Below, piece after piece: positions 52,814 through 64,000 of a stretch of 64,000 nt of DNA; position 1 is the stretch's first letter; every line of letters starts with the position of its first letter. This DNA is from Octopus vulgaris (lineage: Eukaryota). Below the pieces are notes generated by a model. It was not told the origin of the DNA, did not search any database, and saw only the letters and a program-made list of their open reading frames with translations. The stretch is from positions 18,538,001 through 18,602,000 of the forward strand of contig OX597833.1 in assembly GCA_951406725.2 (NCBI GenBank), read 5' to 3'. A program made the position numbers and the translations under genes.

Positions 52814-53289
52814 ATTACCTATGTAGGATGTACGAAAAACTATCAATCATATTCAAGGGGTACGGAGCAATGAAAAGGTTAGGGACCAGTGGTCCAGGAG
52901 GCTCCTTCATTGATTCGTGTAGCCGTATGGGTATATTGTGATGATGGCGTTGATAGAAACAGTGGTGAGTGTCATGGCTGGTGGTGAGGAGGTTCGTTTT
53001 GTTTGCCAAAGAAGGAAAAGAACGGGGTGGGGGTAAGAAAGGGTAAAAGAAGCTAAGCCGAAAAGTAATTCAGCTAAAGAATGGTAACTGCGTTTCGTGG
53101 GGTGGAGGGTGTGGAAATGGAAGGCGAGGCGAAGGGGGAGATGGTGTAAAAGAGTTGCCGAGCTTTGATTTAGAAAACCCGAAGCAGTGAGTTGGACGCT
53201 TGAGTTCACTTACTAACAAATTACAACAGAAACAGTTGGCAGGGGTTGGCAATGAAGAATAAACATGACAGGCGGTCAGAGATTATTTG

Positions 53290-53290
53290 C

Positions 53291-53322
<32 letters not shown>

Positions 53323-53366
53323 CAGCAGCAGCAGCAGTAGTGGTGGTGGTAGTGGTGGTGGTGGTG

Positions 53367-53422
<56 letters not shown>

Positions 53423-53462
53423 GGTGGTAGTGGTAGTAGTAGTAGTGGTGGTGGTGGTGGTG

Positions 53463-53527
<65 letters not shown>

Positions 53528-53542
53528 GGTGGTAGTAGTAGC

Positions 53543-53587
<45 letters not shown>

Positions 53588-53678
53588 GGTGGTGGTAGTA
53601 GTAGTAGTGGTGGTGATGGTGGTGGTGGTGGTGGTAGTAGCAGTAGTAGTAGTGGTGGTGGTAGTGATTGTAGTAGTA
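53290..53678. repeat. (TAG)n/(TGG)n compound microsatellite
   Basis: Direct reading; explains the poly-S/G/V/L/P ORFs. Confidence 0.95.
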
Positions 53679-53820
53679 GGGAAGGATGAGAAATTGTTTT
53701 TAGAATAGACACTAGGCTAGAAATGTGAGAAAAGTTAGTTGTATTGACCCCAGTATGTGACTGGTACTTGACTGAGAAATGAAGGCGAAAATAATCAACA
53801 AAAGGTTGTAATTTTAAATA

Positions 53821-54373
53821 TTGGGTTGTCTGGAAAGTTTTTGCGCCGATTTTTAAAGGAAAGAAAAAGGTCAATAAATACTTGCCATTACATTTTTAAT
53901 CATTTTGTTGCACAATGCGTCTCCATCTTTCCTTTAACTTGAAAATACCCTCTTCCCAGAATTGAGGTGGTTTCATGGCAAATAATTCATCGAGGTATCT
54001 TTTTACGTCATCCAAGGAATTGAAATTTTTACCATTAAGACTATTCTGCAGAGACTTGAATAAGTGAAAATCCGAAGGAGCAATATTTGGTGTATATCGA
54101 AGGTGGGGTAACACATCCTAGCCGAGCCGCAGCAATTTTTGTCTGGTTCCCAATGTATCAAGTGCCGAAAATGAACTATCTTATCTTCCATTTTAAAGGG
54201 TTACAGAATTAACACAGGTTATAGGAACATAAACCTTCTTCCACGAAAAGATAGCTCAAACTGTGCTCTAGATAGAGGTTCAGTTAAATCCTATTTTATG
54301 GACTCAACCATGTTCTAAAATAAGTCGAAAGGTAAGCTACTATAAATCGGCACGGACTTTCCGGACAAACCAA
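53821..54373 (-). mobile_element. Internally deleted mariner transposon
   Basis: ~30-bp TIRs TTGG(G/T)TTGTC(T/C)GGAAAGT..GCCGATTT with TA flanks; transposase start MEDKIVHFRH joined to C-terminal TRQKLLRLG*DVLPHLRYTPNIAPSDFHLFKSLQNSL...KERWRRIV (YSPDLAPSD-type motif). Confidence 0.92.
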
Positions 54374-55099
54374 TACATAGTATTTCTTTATTTTATTTAT
54401 TACAAACCAATACATAGGCATATGTCTAACGCTCTGAGGCAGTGCTTTCTAAAGTTCTTTCTTAGAAGTAGTGGAAAATTTTATTCGGGTTTTGGGGACA
54501 AAGAAAGGGCGATAGATACATCTGTACAATTTTTTGGCCCTTTCCTGTTAAAATATGAACATTAAAAAAATTTGAAGAAGCTGAAAGCTGCAGAAATGCA
54601 TGCGATCTGCGATCCAATAACGTCGTTCACAGCTCCACTTGACAACAAAAATGTAGAGTTTTCTTCTGGGACTATCTCAGCAGCAAAAGGTCTTATTACG
54701 TTCAAAATACACATGAACGCGTTAAATATGACTTACTTTTTTCATTCATCGCTGCTTCGCACGACATTATTTATTTAATATATAATATTAGGTTAAACTT
54801 TACCACAATCAAGAATAATGACATTAGCAATACCAACAGGAATAAAAGATGTCGAATATGTGGGTAGGCAAAACTAAATATATACCATCTGTGCTAATAA
54901 ATTGCAAACATGAACACCTGTTGCAAGAGGCGCTCATCGTCGCCATATCTGAGCAAAAAAAGCTTAGGTTCCTAGCAGGACTGAAAAGCCACATGCATGA
55001 TACTTTGAGAGCGATGACGTTGCTCGAAATTAAGTTTCAACCATTGTGTGTGTATGTATGTATGTATGTATGTATGTATGTATGTATGTATGTATGTAT

Positions 55100-55274
55100 A
55101 GGTGGAGGAGTGGCTGTGTGGTAAGTAGTTTGCTTACGAACCACATGGTTCCGGGTTCAGTCCCACTGCGTGGTACCTTGGGCAAGTGTCTTCTACAATA
55201 GCCTCGGGCCGACCAAAGCCTTGTGAGTGGATTTGGTAGACGGAAACTGAAAGAAGCCCGTCATATATATGTAC

Positions 55275-55320
<46 letters not shown>

Positions 55321-55540
55321 TTGTGTGTCGGTGTTTGTCCTCCAAACATCGCTTGACAACCGATGCTGGTATGTTTACGTCCCCGTAACCTAGCGGTTCG
55401 GCATAGAGACCAATAGAATAAGGACTAGGTTTACAAAGAATTAGTCCTGGGGTCGATTTGCTCGACTGAAGGCGGTGCTCCAGCATGGCCGCAGTCAAAT
55501 GACTGAAACAAGTATAAAGAGTAAAAAAATAGAGTAAAAA
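55100..55540 (+). mobile_element. SINE family 1, full length
   Basis: Head to tail intact. Confidence 0.9.
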
Positions 55541-55544
55541 AAGC

Positions 55545-55955
55545 ATGTATTATGTATGTATCTATGCATGTATGTATGTATGTGTGTATGTGTGCATGCA
55601 TGTATGTATGTATGTATGTATGTATGCATGTTTGTATGCATGTATGTATGTATGTATGTATGTATGCGTGTGTGTATGTATGTATGTATTTATGCATGCA
55701 TGTATGCATGCATGTATGCATGCATGTATGTATGTCTTTATGTATGTATGCATGTATGCATGTGTGCATGTATGTATGCATGTATTATGCATGCATGTAT
55801 GTATGCATGTATGTATGCCTTTATGTATGTATGTATGTATGCATGTATGTATGTGTGCATGTATGCATGTGTGTGTGTATGTATGTATGTATGTATGTAT
55901 GCATGTATGTATATGTATGTATGTATGTATGTATGCAAGTATGTATGCAGTATGC
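55545..55955. repeat. (ATGT/ATGC)n microsatellite
   Basis: Direct reading. Confidence 0.9.
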
Positions 55956-56235
55956 AAATGAAATTCAGTGATACGCGATCTAGAAAACACTTATTAACGC
56001 TAAAATGATTCGAACTTAGACCTCGATGTCTTTACAAGGGACAAATTACGTGAGGGTAACGCGTAGCTATAAAAGGAATTCAGATGAGCAGATATGGAGG
56101 CAATTATGCAGATAAGCCATTTAAATATAACAGCTTGGGTTTGATATACAATATATATATGTGTGTGCGCATATAGGTTTGCGCATGCGCGCGCGTGTGT
56201 GTATATATATGTATATACACACATACATACATACA

Positions 56236-56266
<31 letters not shown>

Positions 56267-56319
56267 GAAAAGAAAGCAAAGACTGAAGATTTTTAGAGGA
56301 TGAATATTTAAGTATAATA

Positions 56320-57082
56320 GGCGGTGAGCTGGCAGAAACGTTAGCACGCCGGGCGAAGTGCTTAGCGGTATTTCGCCCGCCGTTACGTTCTGGGTTCAAA
56401 TTCCGCCGAGGTCGACTTTGCTTTTCATCCTGTCGGGGTCGATTAAATACGTACCAGTTACGCACTGGGGTCGATATAATCGACTTAATCCGTTTGTCTA
56501 CCCTTTTTTGTCCTCTCTGTGTTTGGCCCCTTGTTGGTAGTAAAGAAATAGATATTTCGCCTGCCGTTACGTTCTGAGTTCAAATTCCGCCGAAGTCAAC
56601 TTTGCTTTTCATCCTTTCGGGGTCGATTAAATACGTACCAGTTACACACTGGGATCGATATAATCGACTTAATCCGTTTGTCTGCCCTTCTTTGTCCTCT
56701 CTGTGTTTGGCCCCTTGTGGGTAGTAAAGAAATAGGTATTTCGCCTGCCGTTACGTTCTGAGTTCAAATTCCGCCGAGGTCGACTTTGCTTTTCATCCTG
56801 TCGGGGTCGATTAAATACGTACCAGTTACGCACTGGGGTCTTTGTAATCAACTTAATCCGTTTGTCTGCCCTTTTTTGTCCTCTCTGTGTTTGGCCCCTT
56901 GTGGGTAGTAAAGAAATAGATATTTCGCCTGCCGTTACGTTCTGAGTTCAAATTCCGCCGAGGTCAACTTTGCTTTTCATCCTTTCGGGGACGATAAATT
57001 AAGTACCAATTGCGTGCTGGGGTCGGTATAATTGACTGGCTACCTCCCCCAAAATTTCGGGCCTTGTGCCTAGAGTGCAAAG
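56320..57082 (+). mobile_element. SINE family 2 tetramer (head + three 184-bp units + terminal unit) in one TSD
   Basis: TATTTCGCC at 56369, 56553, 56737, 56921; TSD GAATATTTAAGTATA at 56302-56316 and 57083-57097. Confidence 0.9.
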
Positions 57083-57409
57083 GAATATTTAAGTATAGAT
57101 ATATAAATAAGTGCACACGCGCGGCCAGAAAAGGTTTTCTATATAATTTATCAGTGACTTCGTCGTTATAAACAGAAACGTTATGCACCGTCTCTATAAT
57201 TAAAAAATAAAACTGCTATCGTAGCGAATGGATATTTATACGGAAACATAAATATAACTTATATAAATAAATATTTAGTTTTGCTGTGAAATTAAAGCTC
57301 GACTAATAATCGGTGTATCTTTATGTCGCCACTCACATTCTTGTTTATATTTGTATAAAGTAGTTCTACACTAGTTTCTTCGTTCGTTCGTTTAGAAAGC
57401 AGCTGTAAG

Positions 57410-57453
57410 CGATCTCTGATGATCATTTAATGGAGGTCGAAACATGTCAGTCG
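57410..57453 (+). ncRNA. Minimal hammerhead motif
   Basis: CGA(U)CU-CUGAUGA-16 nt-GAAA-CAUG-UC-AGUCG; ACAUGU palindrome, GUC triplet; stem II weak. Confidence 0.5.
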
Positions 57454-57888
57454 AAATCCCGTTACAAGCTGTCGAAAACCTTGCGGTTTAATCACAGTGC
57501 ACGATTTCACTGCCAGACTAAATATATGTTTATCATATGTGTGTGTGTGTGTCTGTGTGTCTGTGTGTGTGTCTCTGTGTCTGTGAGTGTGTATATGTGT
57601 GTGTGGTGTGTGTGTGTACGTACGTGGGTGAATATGATTCTATCTACATATTTATTCATAATATTATAAAACATACCTCACCCACCCAGCTGTCAGTAAG
57701 CAGCCTTCTGCAAAGACTGGTTATAGGTACAACCGTCCCCTTCCTCCTCCTCTTTTCCTCCTCCTCTCCCTCTTCTAACTGAATTTATAACAAAACAGAA
57801 ACGAAGGGATCTATATCAGATCACTGTCAGTATTAACTCTTCGTCATCGTTTTGGGTGGTCCCTTCACCTTATAAACTCCTCTAACTG

Positions 57889-57926
57889 TTCGCTGATGAT
57901 ACTAACTCAAGTGAAATTAATCGGAA
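57889..57926 (+). ncRNA. Minimal hammerhead motif (decayed stem I)
   Basis: UUCg-CUGAUGA-U-ACU aacuca AGU-GAAA-UUAA-UC-gGAA; AUUAAU palindrome; G-G mismatch at stem I closing pair. Confidence 0.4.
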
Positions 57927-58126
57927 GTAATCACCAGCCGGAAATAATCGTTAACCGGAAGTAATCGAGCTTGCAAAAAAAAAAGAGTCACTTGCAGTGA
58001 GCCTTAATAGAGGGATTGGAGGAAGGACAACAGTCAGAGAAGCTTGTGAGGAGGAATTATATTCAGCCTGATTAATTTCAATATGTCACCGTTTTGCATC
58101 TGCCTCCCTGACACAGGCACACGCAT

Positions 58127-58182
<56 letters not shown>

Positions 58183-58443
58183 ACACATACAATCACATGC
58201 GCGCATATACGTACATATGTGCATAAGGATACGTACACCCACATCTTTACATTTAGACGTAAGCGCGCGCGCACTTGCTACAGACTAGCTGGAAAATATA
58301 CGCACATGCCAATACATAAGTATATACATTCAAAGATGCACATACGCATGATCTCTCTCTCTCTCACACACACATACACACACACACACACACACACATG
58401 CCCACACACACACACACACACACACATGCACACACGCGCACTA

Positions 58444-58490
<47 letters not shown>

Positions 58491-58491
58491 T

Positions 58492-58602
<111 letters not shown>

Positions 58603-58925
58603 CGTGCATACATACATATACATGAATGTCTATCTATATCTATCTATATCTCACTCTCTCTCTCTCTCTCTAGATATATATAGATATAGATATAGATATA
58701 TATACATGTGCGTGCGTGTGTGTATGCATGCACACACATATATACGTTGAGTGAGACCATGTTATATATATATATATACACGCACACAAACATTTATATA
58801 TAAATATAGGTATATATTCTTTCAGTTTCCGTCTACCAAATCCACTCACAAGGCTTTGGTCGGCCCGAGGCTATAGTAGAAGACACTTGCCCAAGGTGCC
58901 ACGCAGTGGGACTGAGCCCGGAACC

Positions 58926-58986
<61 letters not shown>

Positions 58987-59125
58987 TATACATGTATGTA
59001 TGTGTGTGTGTGTTTGATATTCGGGAACTATTTTTCCACCTTGTTTTATACTTATGTAACTTGTGTGTACATATGTTCATACATACCTACGTAGACACAC
59101 AGACACGCGTGCGCACGCACACACT

Positions 59126-59189
<64 letters not shown>

Positions 59190-59551
59190 CCCCTCATATA
59201 AAGGCACATATAATTATATATTTACGAATATATATGTGTGTGAAATCATTACACGATCTCCAATTAGTTCAGATATTACATACATTGAGTAGGCATCTGT
59301 GTATGTGTGTTCATTTTATGTTTACGAATGTCGGGAGAAAACAGTGTGTCGTTTCTTTCGTAGGTTTCTTTAGATATATTTTTGGTGAATTTTTCCAGTA
59401 TGAAAAAATATCTACAATTGTATATACACATAGCTACACATGAACACTCAATACGCCAACACACGTATAAACAGGCGATGTGATTGACTAAATCCTTGAA
59501 AACAGCGTCATAGCATAACAGCTAAATGATTGAAACCAGTAAGAGAATATA

Positions 59552-59589
<38 letters not shown>

Positions 59590-59677
59590 ATCTTTTTGAC
59601 GTTAATTGATGAGGAATTAGCTACGAATTTTTGGTTTAAGCTCTTGTAAAAGTTTCCATTTGTTGTGCTTTTACTGT

Positions 59678-60073
59678 TCTACTTATTTCAGTCATTTGAC
59701 TGTGGCCATGCTGGAGCACCGCCTTTAGTCGAGCAAATCGACCCCAGGACTTATTCTTTGTAAGCCTAGTACTTATTCTATCGTTGTCTTTTGTCGAACC
59801 GCTAAGTTACGGGAACATAAACACACCAGTATCGGTTGTCAAGCGACGTTGGGGAGACAAACACAGACGCAGAAACATATACACACACACGTACACATAT
59901 ATATATATATACATATATACGACGGGCTTCTTTCAGTTTCCGTCTACCAAATCCACTCACAAGGCATTGGTCGGCCCGGGGCTATAGCAGAAGACACTTG
60001 CTCAAGGTGCCACGCAGTGGGACCGAACCCGGAACCATGTGGTTGGTTAGCAAGCTACTTACCACACAGCCAC
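59678..60073 (-). mobile_element. SINE family 1
   Basis: Near full length. Confidence 0.9.
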
Positions 60074-60352
60074 AAAGAAATATCCCCTATTAAGTAACTC
60101 AAAAGTGAAAGACATTATATTATATAGAAAAATTCAAATATACTACAATTATTCAAAAAATCACTAAATTATATAATTAGTGATTTCTGTGTCACGCTGA
60201 ATCTCCCTGAGAACTGCGTTAAGGGTAAATGTGTCTGTGGAATGCTCAACCACTTGTACGTTAATTTCCCGAGTAGGCTGTTCCATTGATCGTATCAGCT
60301 GAGACCCTCGTCGTCGTAACCGACGGAGTGCTTACATATATATGTGTGTGTG

Positions 60353-60700
<348 letters not shown>

Positions 60701-60712
60701 TTTATTTTATTT

Positions 60713-60757
<45 letters not shown>

Positions 60758-60777
60758 TAGATAGATATATATAGATA

Positions 60778-60840
<63 letters not shown>

Positions 60841-62282
60841 TGTAATAAAAGAAGGAAAATCCACACAGTTTACATAGTTTTAATATATTTTTAAATATAT
60901 TTTATCGGTGTAAAAGTATTGTGCTTATCGACCGGTTTTGCTTTCGCTAATCATGACATTGAAATTATTGCAATTTAGTATTTCTTAAGAAGATGTTAGT
61001 CCATGTTGTGTATGGGGGGGCGGTTGGGAATGAAATATTCATATACGGTCACCTCGCATAGGAGAGAAAATCCCATCTAGATTAATTTAGTTGAGGCATT
61101 TTGAAAGTTTCAAATTTAAATCAGAGTAAATATACAACATACACACATTTAATATTTCTAAAGATAAATGGTTGGGGTTATGATGATGACAGCGGTAGGA
61201 TGTTAGCGGTGGTGCAATAGTGGTTGGTATGATGGAAGTAGAATTAGTGGTAGAGTTGATTATCGTGATGATGATGATGATGATGATGATGACGACAACG
61301 ACGGCAGCGGCGGAGGTGGTGGTGGTAGTGGTGATGAGGATTGCATGGTGGTGGGATGATATTTAGAAGTTGGTGGTGACGGAGAAAAGAACGAGCGAAG
61401 GAAAAGAGAGAGAAAGAGGGGGAGGGAGGTAGTGGGGAAGGGGAGAAAAAGGGTTGAGGGATATGAAAATGAGAGAGAGAGAGGGAGGGAGAGTCGGAGG
61501 ATGAGGAAAGAAAAAAAAGGAAGGAATGAAAAAGTGAGAAAGTTAGTAAAGGAGCAACAGGAGGAAACAAAGAGAGTAAAAGAGAAAGAAAGAAAAAAAG
61601 AAAGAAAGAAAGAAAGCGGACAAAAAGGAGAAAATGGAGAAAAAGAGAGAAGAGGTGAAAAGAAATGAACGACGAAGTAAAGAGAGCATATCATCAGAGA
61701 GAGAAAGAGAAAGAGAGAGAAAGAAGTTGAAGGAGGCGTATTAAGAGAGAATATAAACCTAATGAGAGAGAGAGGAGGAGGAGGAGAGGAAAAGGAGGAG
61801 GAAGTGAACAATAAGCGTGAGAACTGATGAGGAAAGAAATGTAGGTGGAGGTAGGTGAGAAGTGGTGGTGGTGGTGGTGTGGTTGGAGGAGGAAGAGGAG
61901 AAGAAGTAATCCAAGCAAAGAAAATGTAATAATAGGAGGGAGAAGGTGGAAGAAAGCGAAGGAGAAGAATGGGTCGTTGTAGACGAAGCGGACGCGGTTT
62001 ACGAGCGAGTGTCAAAAACTATACACTCTCCCGGTGCGAACTCATTATACTAGTGTTTACACTGGCGGCGGCAGCGGCGAAGGCCGTGATGGCGTCGGCG
62101 ATGGCGGTGGCGATGGAGATGGTGGTAGTGGTGGTGATGTATTTTCTGTTTTGGTGGTGGTGGTAGTTGTGGTGGTGGTGGTTTTTGGCGGCGGCGATAA
62201 TGGAGGCCGATGATGGGAAGGTGGGGAGTCATAGTAATAATAGTGGTGGTTATGGTAGTAGTTTGGAGATTGGTCAATGGTG

Positions 62283-62354
62283 GCAGTGGTGGTCTAGTGG
62301 TTAGGATTCCTGGCTTTCACCCAGGCGACCCGGGTTCGATTCCCGGCATGGGAA
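62283..62354 (+). tRNA. tRNA-Glu: tRNA-Glu(TTC) pseudogene; 5' strand of acceptor stem replaced
   Basis: D arm TGGTCTAGTGGTTAGGATT, anticodon arm CCTGG-CTTTCAC-CCAGG, T arm CCGGG-TTCGATT-CCCGG, 3' acceptor CATGGGA-A; positions 1-7 read GCAGTGG instead of the complementary TCCCATG. Confidence 0.8.
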
Positions 62355-62368
62355 CGGCATTTCTGTTA

Positions 62369-62598
62369 GGGCGGCGAGCTGGCAGAAACGTTAGCACGGC
62401 GGATGAAATGCTTAGCGGTATTTCGTCTGCCGCTACGTTCTGAGTTCAAATTCCGCCGAGGTCGACTTTGCCTTTCATCCTTTCGGGGTCGATTAAAAAA
62501 GTACCAGTTGCACACTGAGGTCGATATAACCGACTTAATACCTATGTCTGTCCTTGTTTGTCCCCTCTATGTTTAGCCCCTGGGTAATAAAGAAATAG
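62369..62598 (+). mobile_element. SINE family 2 monomer directly behind the tRNA
   Basis: Full head 14 nt after the tRNA discriminator. Confidence 0.9.
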
Positions 62599-63071
62599 GT
62601 GGCGGTGGTGGTGGAGGTAGTGGTGGTGGCTTTTGGCGGCGGCGGCGATATTGGGAGCCGATGATGGGAAGGTGGGGAGTCATAGTAATGATAGTGGTGG
62701 TTATGGTGGTAGTTTGAAGATTGGTCAATGGTGGCGGTGATGGTATCGGTGGTTCTGCTGTTATTGTTTAGCCCTGGGTTCGGTCCCGGTCAGAGTAGAT
62801 CAAAGGCATCGAAGCTGTGATTACTTCATCGTTTTTCTTTTTTTTGTTGTTTTCTTTTTTGTATATCTTTCCTCTACATTCTATGTATCCTACAATTTTC
62901 TTGCTTGTCGGTGATGCTATCGGTTGTGTATGCACGGTGTTCGTCACGGCCATGTTGTCGGTGGTGGAGGTGGTACTTTTGTTTTTTCGGTGAACGTAAT
63001 GGTGGTGATGACAGGAATGGCAGTTTTGATGATGATGAAGGTGACGAATTTGGTGTTCTTTTATTCTTTTA

Positions 63072-63290
63072 GTCTTTTATTTGTTTCAGTCATTTGACTG
63101 CGGTGATGCTGGAGCACCGCTTTTAGTCGAACAAAACGACCCCAGGACTTATTCTTTGCAAGCCTGGTACTTATTCTATCGGTTCTTCTTTTGCCGAACC
63201 GCTAAGTTATGGGGACGTGAACACACCAACATCGGTTGTCAAGCGATGGTGGGGGGACAAACACAGACACACAAACACACACACACATAT
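63072..63290 (-). mobile_element. SINE family 1, 3' half
   Basis: Conserved tail. Confidence 0.8.
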
Positions 63291-63739
63291 TTTTTTTTTT
63301 TTATTTTATTTTATCTAGTTTCAGCTCACGAGCTGTGGCCATGCTGGGGCACCGCCATTGTCCCCGCTACCGACACGGTAATTATTTCTACGCCAGCTGC
63401 TATGTTGTTGTTGTTTCTGTCTCATTTGGTCTAAAGTCGTATGACAACCACCGTTATATATATTTTGTTTATTCATTACTGTTTTCAATTTCGTTTTCGT
63501 CTCTTGTATTTACATCCGTCTTGTGCGTTCACATTCCTGTCTTCTACCAAGAAATCTAATGCTTACAGCTTAGTTTTTTTTCTTGGGGCTGGCCGAGTTG
63601 GAGCAAATATCAGAATTGAACAGCCGAAATTTGCTATGATGATTCGGTGTCTGACTGAAGATTGAAGGCTTCGAATGATTTGTCTGTGTTCCGTGTTCGT
63701 CCCTTCCTGTATTTCACGTTCATTATATATAAAAACATT

Positions 63740-64000
<261 letters not shown>

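Larger units (their letters stand above)
61180..63050. repeat. Purine/G-rich low-complexity island (GA-, GGT-, GGC-rich)
   Basis: Strong strand asymmetry; ORFs here are compositionally biased. Confidence 0.7.

Noticed and set aside
53221-53874. Gly/Ser- and Pro/Leu-rich ORFs
   Set aside because: TAG/TGG microsatellite.
61244-62443. His/Pro/Ser-rich ORFs in the G-rich island
   Set aside because: Low-complexity composition; no domain or splice structure.

Overview
AT-rich, microsatellite-saturated animal genomic DNA. The repeat repertoire is most consistent with an octopus (coleoid cephalopod); this is an inference from repeat families, not a database result. Nearly all ORFs in the supplied track are microsatellite or SINE artefacts. 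The only convincing host coding sequence is a 96-nt, phase 1-1 EGF-like exon on the minus strand (40677-40772), so the window is probably mostly intronic. The rest consists of: two abundant tRNA-headed SINE families (roughly 40 full or partial copies) plus minor families; an internally deleted mariner; several MITEs (mariner-like, Tigger-like, and a Merlin/hAT-like one carrying TTAGGG repeats); non-autonomous Helitron(s); LINE 3' remnants (an R4/Dong-like piece in a TAA array and a CR1-group piece); a 3 x 257-bp tandem repeat; and a 5'-damaged tRNA-Glu(TTC) fused to a SINE. The most notable unexplained signal is about 10 minimal type I hammerhead-ribozyme motifs of the Penelope-associated kind. 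One lies in the 3' part of an element that starts with a Pol III tRNA-like head (4779-5172), making it a candidate hammerhead-bearing, Penelope-mobilised SINE. All structures were read by eye, and repeat boundaries are approximate.
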